A DNA stretch of 64,000 nucleotides, from contig CAVSQW010000010.1 of NCBI GenBank assembly GCA_963730185.1, positions 1 to 64,000 on the forward strand, read 5' to 3'. Origin of the DNA: an uncultured Gemmatimonadales bacterium (GTDB lineage Bacteria; Gemmatimonadota; Gemmatimonadetes; Gemmatimonadales; GWC2-71-9). Below the pieces are notes generated by a model that worked only from the letters and a program-made list of their open reading frames with translations, did not search any database and was not told the DNA's origin. Positions 44,235 to 52,386 of the stretch are shown piece by piece; position 1 is the stretch's first letter; each line of letters starts with the position of its first letter. The position numbers and the translations under genes are program-made.

Positions 44235-44941
44235 CAACCCAGCGCCTTTCGTTGCACCGCGAAGAGCTGATCGATCCCCTGGCCGGCCAGGTCGAGCATC
44301 CGGTCGAGTTGGGCCCGCGAAAAGGCCCCGTTCTCGCCGGTGCCCTGCACCTCGATGAATTCGCCCGGGGTGCGCATTACCACGTTGGCGTCGACCTCGG
44401 CATCCTTGTCCTCGACGTAGGCGAGGTCGACCACCGGCTGGCCCTCGACCATCCCGACCGACACCGCTGCAACCAGCTGGCCGAACGCGCCGGGCTGGCC
44501 GGTCCGCTCCGCCAGCCAGGCCAGAGCGTCCGCCAAGGCGACACAACCGCCCGTGATGCTCGCCGTGCGGGTGCCGCCGTCGGCCATCAGCACGTCGCAG
44601 TCGATCTTGACGGTATACTCGCCAAAGGCCCAGTTGCCGATCGCCGCGCGGAGCGAGCGGCCGATCAAGCGCTGGATCTCCTGGCTCCGCCCGCCCGGTC
44701 CGTGGCGCTCCCGGTTGGTGCGTTCGGAGGTGGCCCGAGGAAGCATGGCGTACTCGGCGGTGACCCAGCCCTGCCCCGAGCCCCGGCGGAAGGGCGGCAC
44801 GCCCTCCTCGACCGACGCGGTACAGTGCACCAGGGTGCCGCCGAACCGGGTGAGGCAGGACCCTTCGGCGTAGGGGTTGGCGTTCCGCTCCAGCACCACG
44901 GGGCGGAGCGCGTCAGCGGTGCGTCCATCAGCTCGAGGCAC
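44231..44941 (-). CDS. rph: Ribonuclease PH
   Basis: GWVTAEYAMLPRAT, EIQRLIGRSLR, ADGGTRTASITG, EVQGTGE. Confidence 0.96.
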   Translation of the reverse strand: MPRADGRTADALRPVVLERNANPYAEGSCLTRFGGTLVHCTASVEEGVPPFRRGSGQGWVTAEYAMLPRATSERTNRERHGPGGRSQEIQRLIGRSLRAAIGNWAFGEYTVKIDCDVLMADGGTRTASITGGCVALADALAWLAERTGQPGAFGQLVAAVSVGMVEGQPVVDLAYVEDKDAEVDANVVMRTPGEFIEVQGTGENGAFSRAQLDRMLDLAGQGIDQLFAVQRKALGW

Positions 44942-45413
44942 GGATCCGCTCCACGAGATGGGTGGTCGATTGACGGGGGACGAGCGGGACGATCACGACC
45001 CGTCCGCCCCGGGATTCGACGAAGTCGGCGCCGACCACGGTGTCGCGGGTGTAGTCGCCGCCCTTGACCAGCACGTCGGGACGGAGCGCCTCGATCAGGC
45101 TGCGGGGGGTCGGCTCGTCGAAGAGCACTACGCAGTCGACGGCGGCCAGCGCGGCCACGACCCGGGCCCGGTCGGCCGCTGCCACGAGCGGCCGTCCGGC
45201 TCCCTTGCCCAGCCGGCGGGCCGAGGCGTCGTCGTTGACGCCGACCACGAGGTGGCTGCCTTCGGCCCGGGCGGCCTCGAGGTACTCCACGTGGCCCCGG
45301 TGGAGGAGGTCGAACACCCCGTTCGTGAAGACCACCGGCGCCACCAGCATCTCCCGCCAGCGAACGGCCGCGGCCACCGAGCGGATCCGACTCGCGGTCT
45401 CGACGGCGCTCAA
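44928..45413 (-). CDS. rfaE2: D-glycero-beta-D-manno-heptose 1-phosphate adenylyltransferase (HldE domain II)
   Basis: VFTNGVFDLLHRGH, LVKGGDY, STT. Probable TTG start overlapping the upstream stop. Confidence 0.88.
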   Translation of the reverse strand: MSAVETASRIRSVAAAVRWREMLVAPVVFTNGVFDLLHRGHVEYLEAARAEGSHLVVGVNDDASARRLGKGAGRPLVAAADRARVVAALAAVDCVVLFDEPTPRSLIEALRPDVLVKGGDYTRDTVVGADFVESRGGRVVIVPLVPRQSTTHLVERIRASS

Positions 45414-45781
45414 TTCGCGAAGCTTTGGTAGACCTTCGGCCGGAAGGTCAGGGTCTTCTTGAGGAGCGGGAGGTCGATGCTCTCGTGATACTCGGTCGTG
45501 ATCGTGATCGAGGGCGGATGGGCGACCCGGGCCAGCCGGAAGCGGGCGGCGTCGCGAGGGAGCCCAATGTCGAGCGCGTCGGCCTTGAGCTGGGCCTGGA
45601 TCTGCGCGTCGGACTGATTCTGCGAGTAGCGGGCGGCCATCTTCATCCGGTCCTGGATCTCGAAGTAGCGCCACCAGACCCGACCCAGGTTGATGCCGTA
45701 GTAGAGAACCACCATCATGACCACCAACGAGAGCAGGCAGCCGCCGGTGCTCGCGCCGCGGCGGGCGTTCCGTTTCACCAT
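45410..45781 (-). CDS. Hypothetical protein with N-terminal TM helix (DUF4845-like)
   Basis: RRGASTGGCLLSLVVMMVVLYYG; translationally coupled to both neighbours. Confidence 0.7.
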   Translation of the reverse strand: MVKRNARRGASTGGCLLSLVVMMVVLYYGINLGRVWWRYFEIQDRMKMAARYSQNQSDAQIQAQLKADALDIGLPRDAARFRLARVAHPPSITITTEYHESIDLPLLKKTLTFRPKVYQSFAN

Positions 45782-46275
45782 TGCGATTGGGCTCCGTCGA
45801 CGATGTTGGTGATGAGCCGCTCGATGGCCTGCTTGCGACCGTCGGACTCGTTGTTGGTGTAATCTCCCTCGACCGTGAGGCCCTGCTTCTCCCAGAGGAT
45901 CTTGTTGTTGGCCTGATCGATGATCTGCACCTGGACCACGATCTGGAGCTTCTTGCGGCTGACGTTGACGTTTTGCGACTGGGTGCCGGTGAAGGCGACC
46001 GGGATGTCCGGATCGTAGCGCTGGATGGTGCCCTTCACGATGGCGTCGGCCTGGGACTCGCCGGCGGCCCGGAGCCCGAGCCGACCCTCGACCGCCTCGC
46101 GCACGGCGCGGTTGATCTCGCTGGTCAGGCTGGCCTCCGACGTCAGGTTGTCGAACGGCAGCACCGCCACGGTCTTGATGTGCGGGGGGAAGCCGGTCCC
46201 CCCGCCGAAGCCGTAGAGGCAACCCGCGAGCGTCAGCGCGCTAAGGCTCGGGAGGAGTCCAGGTATCCGGCGCAA
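45775..46275 (-). CDS. lptE: LPS-assembly lipoprotein LptE-like
   Basis: Lipobox LAGC, YGF..G..PPHIKTVAVLPFDN, ADAIVKGTI. Confidence 0.75.
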   Translation of the reverse strand: MRRIPGLLPSLSALTLAGCLYGFGGGTGFPPHIKTVAVLPFDNLTSEASLTSEINRAVREAVEGRLGLRAAGESQADAIVKGTIQRYDPDIPVAFTGTQSQNVNVSRKKLQIVVQVQIIDQANNKILWEKQGLTVEGDYTNNESDGRKQAIERLITNIVDGAQSQW

Positions 46276-46930
46276 ACGGCTTGGCCTTCAGGTTGGAGTA
46301 GAAGGTGACGTCGAGGCGGGCCGGCGCCGACGGCACCACCAACCGCGCGGTGGCCGGCTGCCCGTCGGGAGCGAAGCGCGTTTCCACGGTGCCCACGATC
46401 TTGCCGCCCTCGCGCACCTCGGCGTAGAGCCGGGCCGGCGAGCCGCTGACCCGGACGTAGTCCACGGTGTCCCCCCCGTGCACGAACCGCCAGCCGACGG
46501 TGCCGGGGTCGGTGAAGGAGCCCACCTCGGTCTGCTCGTCCGGCGTCCGGACGATCCCCAGCAGGGCCCAGAAGAGCGGGTAGTTGGGCACCAGCTTCTT
46601 GACGTCCTTCTCGGGCTCGGCCCAGAGCGCCGTGTCGCCCGACACGAAAGCGGCCGCCCGGCCCGAGCCCAGCGGGCCGGCCACGTCCAGGCGGGCCGAG
46701 TCGGGGAGGGCCAGGCGGACCCGGCCCCGGCCACCGGCCGCTCCCTGGTCGTCCCGGAACTGCCACCGGAAGCGGATCTCGCGGGCCTCGGCCGGCAGCG
46801 TTCCGGCCGCCCAGGAGCGCGCATCGGCCACGCTGGCGGGGGTGAAGGCCTTGGGCAGGGGCACGGAAATGCTTCCCCCGGCACCACATCCGGCCAGTCC
46901 GAGCACGAGAAATCCGAGGGGGCGGCGCAT
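46241..46930 (-). CDS. Hypothetical lipoprotein (beta-rich, possibly LolB-like)
   Basis: Lipobox LAGC; GRVRLALPDSARLDVAGPLG motif; first gene of an envelope operon. Confidence 0.7.
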   Translation of the reverse strand: MRRPLGFLVLGLAGCGAGGSISVPLPKAFTPASVADARSWAAGTLPAEAREIRFRWQFRDDQGAAGGRGRVRLALPDSARLDVAGPLGSGRAAAFVSGDTALWAEPEKDVKKLVPNYPLFWALLGIVRTPDEQTEVGSFTDPGTVGWRFVHGGDTVDYVRVSGSPARLYAEVREGGKIVGTVETRFAPDGQPATARLVVPSAPARLDVTFYSNLKAKPFAPDTWTPPEP

Positions 46931-46937
46931 CGAGTGG

Positions 46938-46966
46938 ATGATAGCGGGGGCCCCCGGCTTTGTCAG
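46938..46966 (-). promoter_or_regulatory. Promoter for a probably leaderless transcript
   Basis: CTGACA-17 nt-TATCAT-7 nt-ATG(46930), no SD. Confidence 0.6.
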
Positions 46967-47003
46967 GGACGCGGAGCGAGTCGGAAGGGTCCGGTTCCGG
47001 ACC

Positions 47004-47429
47004 CTACCGAGCGGGCCGAGGTGAGAGCCGCTCCGCGACCTCTGGCGGGAGCCGGGCCCATCGAAAGCGCTCGTCCAGCACCATTAGGCTGGTCTCGGCC
47101 GTTACCAAGAGCTTCCCGGTCTCCGCGTGCTCGACGGCGTAGCCGAAGCTCACCCGGCGCGACGCGAGATCGGTGACCCAGCAGCGGACCCTGACGGGGT
47201 CGTCGTACCGGGCCGGCTGGCGATACCGGATCCGCGCCTCGCCCACGGCCAGCCGGTAGCCCCGCGCCTCCAGCTCGGCGTAGCTCACCCCGGTCCGCCG
47301 GAGGTGCTCGGTCCGTGCCACGTCCAGCCAGACCAGGTAGCGGGCGTGGTACACCACCCCCATCGCGTCGATCTCGCTGTAGTTGACGCGATGGTGGATC
47401 TCGGAGATGTCGTGGCCGGTCGCTTCCAT
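47004..47429 (-). CDS. Acyl-CoA thioesterase (YbgC/4HBT family)
   Basis: RVNYSEIDAMGVVYHARYLVW..ARTE, YRQPARYDD. Confidence 0.9.
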   Translation of the reverse strand: MEATGHDISEIHHRVNYSEIDAMGVVYHARYLVWLDVARTEHLRRTGVSYAELEARGYRLAVGEARIRYRQPARYDDPVRVRCWVTDLASRRVSFGYAVEHAETGKLLVTAETSLMVLDERFRWARLPPEVAERLSPRPAR

Positions 47430-47458
47430 GCGATTGTGTGCCTCCCTATCTTCGGGCG

Positions 47459-48187
47459 ATGCTCGGACACCAACTCGTGGTGGTCTCCGACGCCCACCTC
47501 GGTGCCGCGTCGCCGGACAACGACGCGGCCCTGCTCCAATTCCTCGACCAGGTCCCGTCGCTGGGCGACTGTCTGCTCGTCAACGGCGATCTCTTCGACT
47601 TCTGGTTCTCGTACCGCCGGGTGGTGCCCCGCACCGGGTTCCTCGCGGCCGCGGCGATCGCGATGCTGGGTCGGAAACTGCCGGTCGTGATGACCGGCGG
47701 CAACCACGACCGCTGGGGCGACTCGTTTTGGGGCCGGGACGTCGGCATCACCTTCTCGCCCGGCGAGGTGCGCTTCGCCGTCGGCCGCTCCGAGGTGCTC
47801 GCCCTCCACGGTGACGGCGTGTGCGAGGAGCACCGGTCCGCGATGGTGGTGCATCGGGTGACCTCGCATCCGCTCACGGTCGCCGCCTTCCGCGCACTCC
47901 ACCCGACCTTCGGCCTCTGGCTGGTGGATCGGATGAGCCGCCACCTGGCCGACAGCACCCGCGACCCCTCGGTCCTCGACCGGGCCCAGGTCCGGCAGCG
48001 AACGTGGGCCGAGGCCCGGATGCAACGCGAGCCGGCGATCGACACCCTGATCATGTCCCACACCCACCGCCCCGCGAGCGCCCACCTGGACGGCAGCCGC
48101 CGGTACCTCAATCCGGGCGCCTGGATCGAGGGCCGCCGTTATGCGATCGTCACCGACGAGTCGATCGCGCTCGAGTCCTTCGACTGA
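47459..48187 (+). CDS. lpxH: UDP-2,3-diacylglucosamine diphosphatase-like metallophosphoesterase
   Basis: SDAHLG, GDLFDFW, GNHD, HGD, SHTH, NPGAW. Confidence 0.8.
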   Translation: MLGHQLVVVSDAHLGAASPDNDAALLQFLDQVPSLGDCLLVNGDLFDFWFSYRRVVPRTGFLAAAAIAMLGRKLPVVMTGGNHDRWGDSFWGRDVGITFSPGEVRFAVGRSEVLALHGDGVCEEHRSAMVVHRVTSHPLTVAAFRALHPTFGLWLVDRMSRHLADSTRDPSVLDRAQVRQRTWAEARMQREPAIDTLIMSHTHRPASAHLDGSRRYLNPGAWIEGRRYAIVTDESIALESFD

Positions 48188-48687
48188 TTCAGGCGCCGAG
48201 CCGCACCGCCTCGGGCGCCGAGCAGCGACGCCAGCACCGAGGCCGTTTCGGCCGCGCTGTCGACCAGGGACACCTCCGCTCCGAGCAGGTCGGCGAGGAG
48301 CGGCGCGAGGAGGGGATAGTGGGTGCAGCCCAGCACCAGCGACCGTACTCCGGCTCGCCGCAGGGGCGCCAGGTACTCCTGGGCGACGAGCCGGGTGGCA
48401 GGATGCTCGAACCATCCCTCCTCGACCAGTGGCACGAACAGCGGGCACGCCTGCTGAACCACCACCGGGTCGGGCGTCAACCGCTGGATGGCTCGGACGT
48501 AGGCGCCGCTCGCCACGGTGCCGGCGGTCCCGATCACGCCGATGGGGGCGCCCGGCGCCGCTCGGACCGCGGCGCAGGCGCCGCCAAAGTACACCGTCGA
48601 TTCGTTCGGCAGGGCGTGGTAGATGGCGCCGGCGACCGTCAGGCCGCCGAGCCCGGAATCGAAGATCCCGACCGGGGCCGGGTTCAC
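48139..48687 (-). pseudogene. murI: Glutamate racemase with an in-frame internal deletion and aberrant C-terminus
   Basis: GIFDSGLGGLTV, GVIGT.GT, CPLFVPLVEEG, LGCTHYP and VDSA are present, but YFG joins directly to GACAAV, so the D..R.PYG and ACNT segments are absent. Only about 182 codons, running into convergent lpxH. Confidence 0.85.
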
Positions 48688-49241
48688 CGGATCCGGAACG
48701 GCACCGAGATCTGGGCGCCCACCTCGCCGGGCAGGACCCGGAGCCGGACGTCGGCGGGAAAGGCGTGGAGCTGGCTCGAGACGTAGGCCTCGAGGCCGGA
48801 GAACAGGTGGTTGAACCCGAGCAGGATCAGCCAATCCTGGCGCTGCTGCCGCTTGGCGTCGAGCAGGGTGGAATCGGCGTTGGTCCGGCTCAGGAACTTG
48901 AGCTCCCGAAGGGTCTTCATCGTCATCCCGACCGAGATGCCCTCGAACGCCACGAAAAGGGCGCCGGTGAGCTTCCGGTCCAGCCGAGCTTGTCCCCAGC
49001 CCGGGACCGCGAGCGACATGAAGAAGGCCTTGGTGGGCTTCACCGGCCGGGCCAGGATCGACAGGGTGTCGCTGGGGCTGGGCGCGGCGCGCGGGGGCGG
49101 CGTCGCCGGGGCCCGCTGGGCCTGGGCCGGCCGCACCGCCACCGCGCCGGCCAGCAGGGCCGTCGCCAGCACCGCGCGTCCCAGCCGGCGGGCCGACCGG
49201 CACGGGCTGGGAACGGAGCTGGCTGGGCGGAATCGGGCCAT
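48684..49241 (-). CDS. Hypothetical membrane protein (DUF5683-like)
   Basis: Signal-like N-terminus; KAFFMSLAVPGWGQ motif; NHLFSGLEAYV. Confidence 0.7.
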   Translation of the reverse strand: MARFRPASSVPSPCRSARRLGRAVLATALLAGAVAVRPAQAQRAPATPPPRAAPSPSDTLSILARPVKPTKAFFMSLAVPGWGQARLDRKLTGALFVAFEGISVGMTMKTLRELKFLSRTNADSTLLDAKRQQRQDWLILLGFNHLFSGLEAYVSSQLHAFPADVRLRVLPGEVGAQISVPFRIR

Positions 49242-49370
49242 GGGCCTGCCTAACGGTGGGTCGCCGACCGCGACCGGGCGGCCGGCCTCCGGCCCGGCGC
49301 CGGAGGTGGCGGGAAAGCTAGACCCGGGACCGCGCCCGAGGAAGGCGACCGGACGCCGGGTCGAGCCAAG

Positions 49371-49468
49371 TGGCGGGAGCGTGTGGGAATCGAACCCACC
49401 GGGGCCGCCGAAGGCGTCCCCGTCGCGGTTTTGAAGACCGGCCAGACCACCAGGCCCGATCCGCCCCC
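49371..49468 (-). tRNA. selC: tRNA-Sec(TCA)
   Basis: 98 nt; anticodon loop CTTCAAA; 6-bp D-stem with 4-nt loop TGGT; long variable arm; 8-position acceptor arm and 5-bp T-stem; G discriminator and encoded CCA. Confidence 0.93.
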
Positions 49469-49476
49469 TCGTTACC

Positions 49477-49881
49477 TCACCCCCGGACCGCCACGCACTC
49501 GATCTCGACCCGGACGCCCTTCGGCAGCCCCGCCGCGGCCACCGTCGACCGGGCCGGGCGGTGGTCGCCGAAGGCCTTGGCGTACACCTCGTTCATCGCC
49601 CCGAAGTCGGCCATGTCGGCCAGGAACACGGTCGTCTTGAGGACCAGGTGCAGATCCGAGTGGGCGGCGCGGAGGACCGCCCGGAGATTGGCCAGCACCT
49701 GCTCGGTCTGCCCGGCCACCTCGCCGCCGCCGACGACCTCCATCGTGGCCGGGTCGAGCGCGATCTGTCCCGCGGTGTAGATCAACTCCTGGTCGCCGAC
49801 CGTCACGACGGTGGCCTGGCTGTAGGGGCCGATCGCCTTGGGGGCGCCGTCGGTCGCCACGAAACGGATGTCCCTCATCAC
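49477..49881 (-). CDS. ridA: RidA/YjgF family reactive-imine deaminase
   Basis: APKAIGPYSQA, AGQIALDP, PARSTV..LPKGVRVEIE. Confidence 0.92.
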   Translation of the reverse strand: MMRDIRFVATDGAPKAIGPYSQATVVTVGDQELIYTAGQIALDPATMEVVGGGEVAGQTEQVLANLRAVLRAAHSDLHLVLKTTVFLADMADFGAMNEVYAKAFGDHRPARSTVAAAGLPKGVRVEIECVAVRG

Positions 49882-49892
49882 GGATCCTCGGG

Positions 49893-51566
49893 TTAGAAGA
49901 GACCTTCGATACGGCCGTCCGGGTAGACCCGGATGGCCTCGGCGGCCGGGGTCTTGGAGAGCCCCGGCATGGTCATGATCTCACCGGCAAGCGCCACGAC
50001 GAAGCCGGCGCCGGCCGACGGGTAGACGTCGCGGACCGCGATCCGGAAACCGCTCGGCGCGCCGAGCTTGGTCGGATCGTCGCTGAACGAGTACTGAGTC
50101 TTGGCCATGCATACCGGGGTCTCGCCCAGGCCGATCGACTCGCAGAGCTTGATCGCCCGCTCGGCGGCGGCCGAGTAGTCCACACCGTCGGCGCCGTAGA
50201 TCTCCCGGGCCACGGTCTCGATCTTGTCCTTGATGGGCGCCTTGGCGTCGTAGATCGGCTTGAAGGCCGCCTTGCCTTCCGCCAGGGCGGCCTCGACCTC
50301 CTTGGCGAGAGCCTCGCCGCCTTCCCCGCCCTTGGCCCAGACGTCGCTCAGCGCGGCGCGGACGCCCCAGTCCCGGGCCGCCGACAGCACGGTGTCGACC
50401 TCTTCCTGGCTGTCGGCCGTGAACCGGTTGAGCGCCACGACCACCGGGAGTCCATACTTGCCGAGGTTCTTGACGTGCCGTTCCAGGTTCACCATCCCCC
50501 GCTTCAAGGCGGCCACGTCCGGCGCCCCGAGCTGATCCTTCTTGATGCCGCCGTGCATCTTGAGGGCCCGGACGGTGGCCACGATCACCGCGACCTCGGG
50601 CTCGAGCCCGCCGGCCCGGCACTTGATGTCCAGGAACTTCTCGGCTCCCAGGTCGGCGCCAAACCCGGCTTCCGTCAGCACCACGTCGCCCAGGGACAGG
50701 GCCAGCTTGGTCGCGACGATCGAGTTGCAGCCGTGGGCGATGTTGCCGAACGGTCCGCCGTGCACCAGCGCGGGGCCGCCCTCCAGGGTCTGCACCAGAT
50801 TGGGGAGGATGGCGTCCTTGAGGAGCAGCGTCATCGCCCCGGCAGCTTTCAGGTCCTTGGCCGTGATCGGCTTCTTCTCACGGGTAAAGCCCACCACGAT
50901 TCGGCCCAGCCGAGCTTCCAGGTCGGCCAGGTCGGCGGCCAGACAGAGAATGGCCATGACCTCGCTGCCGGGCACGATCACGAACCGGTCCTCGCGGCTG
51001 GGCCCGCCCTTCAGTCCACCCAGGCCCACCACCATCGACCGGAGGGCGCGATCGTTCATGTCCATCGTGCGCGGCCAGGTGATCCGCCGGCTGTCGATGC
51101 CCAGGGCGTTGCCGTGATGGATGTGGTTGTCGAGCATCGCCGACAACAGGTTGTGGGCCGAGGTGATGGCGTGGAAGTCGCCGGTGAAGTGCAGGTTGAT
51201 CTCGTCCATCGGCACCACCTGCGCATACCCGCCGCCGGCGGCCCCGCCCTTGACCCCGAACACCGGCCCGAGCGACGGCTCGCGGATGGCCACGACCACC
51301 TTCCGTCCCAGGCGCCGGAAGGCCTGGGCCAGACCGACCGTCACGGTCGACTTGCCCTCGCCCGCGGGGGTCGGATTGATGCCGGTGACCAGCACCAGCC
51401 GGCCCCGCGGTGTCCGGGCTCGAATCGCCTCGGGGGTGATCTTGGCCTTGTAGCGCCCGTAGGGCAGGATCTCGTCCGGTCCCAGGCCCAGCTCCGCCGC
51501 GACGTCCGCGATGGGGCGAAGCTGGGCGGCCTGGGCGATCGCGATATCGGTAGGAACGTTGCTCAA
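49893..51566 (-). CDS. fhs: Formate-tetrahydrofolate ligase
   Basis: [56 protein letters not shown]. Confidence 0.97.
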   Translation of the reverse strand: MSNVPTDIAIAQAAQLRPIADVAAELGLGPDEILPYGRYKAKITPEAIRARTPRGRLVLVTGINPTPAGEGKSTVTVGLAQAFRRLGRKVVVAIREPSLGPVFGVKGGAAGGGYAQVVPMDEINLHFTGDFHAITSAHNLLSAMLDNHIHHGNALGIDSRRITWPRTMDMNDRALRSMVVGLGGLKGGPSREDRFVIVPGSEVMAILCLAADLADLEARLGRIVVGFTREKKPITAKDLKAAGAMTLLLKDAILPNLVQTLEGGPALVHGGPFGNIAHGCNSIVATKLALSLGDVVLTEAGFGADLGAEKFLDIKCRAGGLEPEVAVIVATVRALKMHGGIKKDQLGAPDVAALKRGMVNLERHVKNLGKYGLPVVVALNRFTADSQEEVDTVLSAARDWGVRAALSDVWAKGGEGGEALAKEVEAALAEGKAAFKPIYDAKAPIKDKIETVAREIYGADGVDYSAAAERAIKLCESIGLGETPVCMAKTQYSFSDDPTKLGAPSGFRIAVRDVYPSAGAGFVVALAGEIMTMPGLSKTPAAEAIRVYPDGRIEGLF

Positions 51567-51568
51567 CG

Positions 51569-52360
51569 TCAGTCGCCTCCGTTGTCTCTGAGGTGAGGAG
51601 CGACGCGCCGCCCGAAGACTCGGACGGCGTTCTCGGTGGTGCGCGCGGCGAGCGCCTGCTCGTCCTCGCCCATCACCGCCGCGAGCCGGCGGGCCGTCTC
51701 CACGACCCAGGCCGGCTCGTTGCGGTGGCCTCGGTGCGGGACCGGCGCCAGGTAGGGCGCGTCGGTCTCGACCAGGAGCCGGTTTATGGGAACCGCCCGG
51801 AGGGCCGGGTCGAGCCGCCAGGACTTGAAGGTGATCATCCCGCTCAGGCTCACGTAGTGGCCCAGGGCCACCGCGGCGTCGAGCAGGGCCAGGCCGCTCG
51901 AGAACGAATGCATGATCGCCGTGGTCCGGGGATGGTTCCGGAGTACGGCGATCATGTCGTCGTCGGCTTCGCGGGCGTGGATCACGGCCGGCTTGCCGGC
52001 GGCCGCCGCCAGATCGAGCTGGGCCTCGAACGCGGTCCGCTGTTGGTCGCGGGGCGAATAGTCATAGTGGTAGTCGAGGCCCATCTCGCCGGCCGCGACC
52101 ACCCGGTCGTCCCGCAGAGCCCGCTCCAGCCACCCTGCCAGGTCCGGCGTCCAGCGCTTGGCTTCGTGGGGGTGGAGGCCGGCCGTGGCCGACACCTCCG
52201 GCCGCTCCGCCAGCGCCAGGGCCCGCTCGGCGGCTTCCGGCGACTCGCCGATCGCCACCACGTGCCCCACGCCCGCCGCCCGGGCCCGTTCCAGCACGAG
52301 GCCGACGTCCGCCTCGAAGGCGGCGTCGGCCAGGTGGCAGTGGGTATCGACCAGGGACAT
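51569..52360 (-). CDS. tatD: TatD family nuclease
   Basis: [40 protein letters not shown]. Confidence 0.94.
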   Translation of the reverse strand: MSLVDTHCHLADAAFEADVGLVLERARAAGVGHVVAIGESPEAAERALALAERPEVSATAGLHPHEAKRWTPDLAGWLERALRDDRVVAAGEMGLDYHYDYSPRDQQRTAFEAQLDLAAAAGKPAVIHAREADDDMIAVLRNHPRTTAIMHSFSSGLALLDAAVALGHYVSLSGMITFKSWRLDPALRAVPINRLLVETDAPYLAPVPHRGHRNEPAWVVETARRLAAVMGEDEQALAARTTENAVRVFGRRVAPHLRDNGGD

Positions 52361-52386
52361 GATCCCCGGATCGGCGGGGGTCGGCG

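Noticed and set aside
49250..49470. Genomic island integrated at tRNA-Sec (also considered for tRNA-Arg and tRNA-Pro)
   Set aside because: No integrase gene and no duplicated tRNA 3' end was seen in the window.
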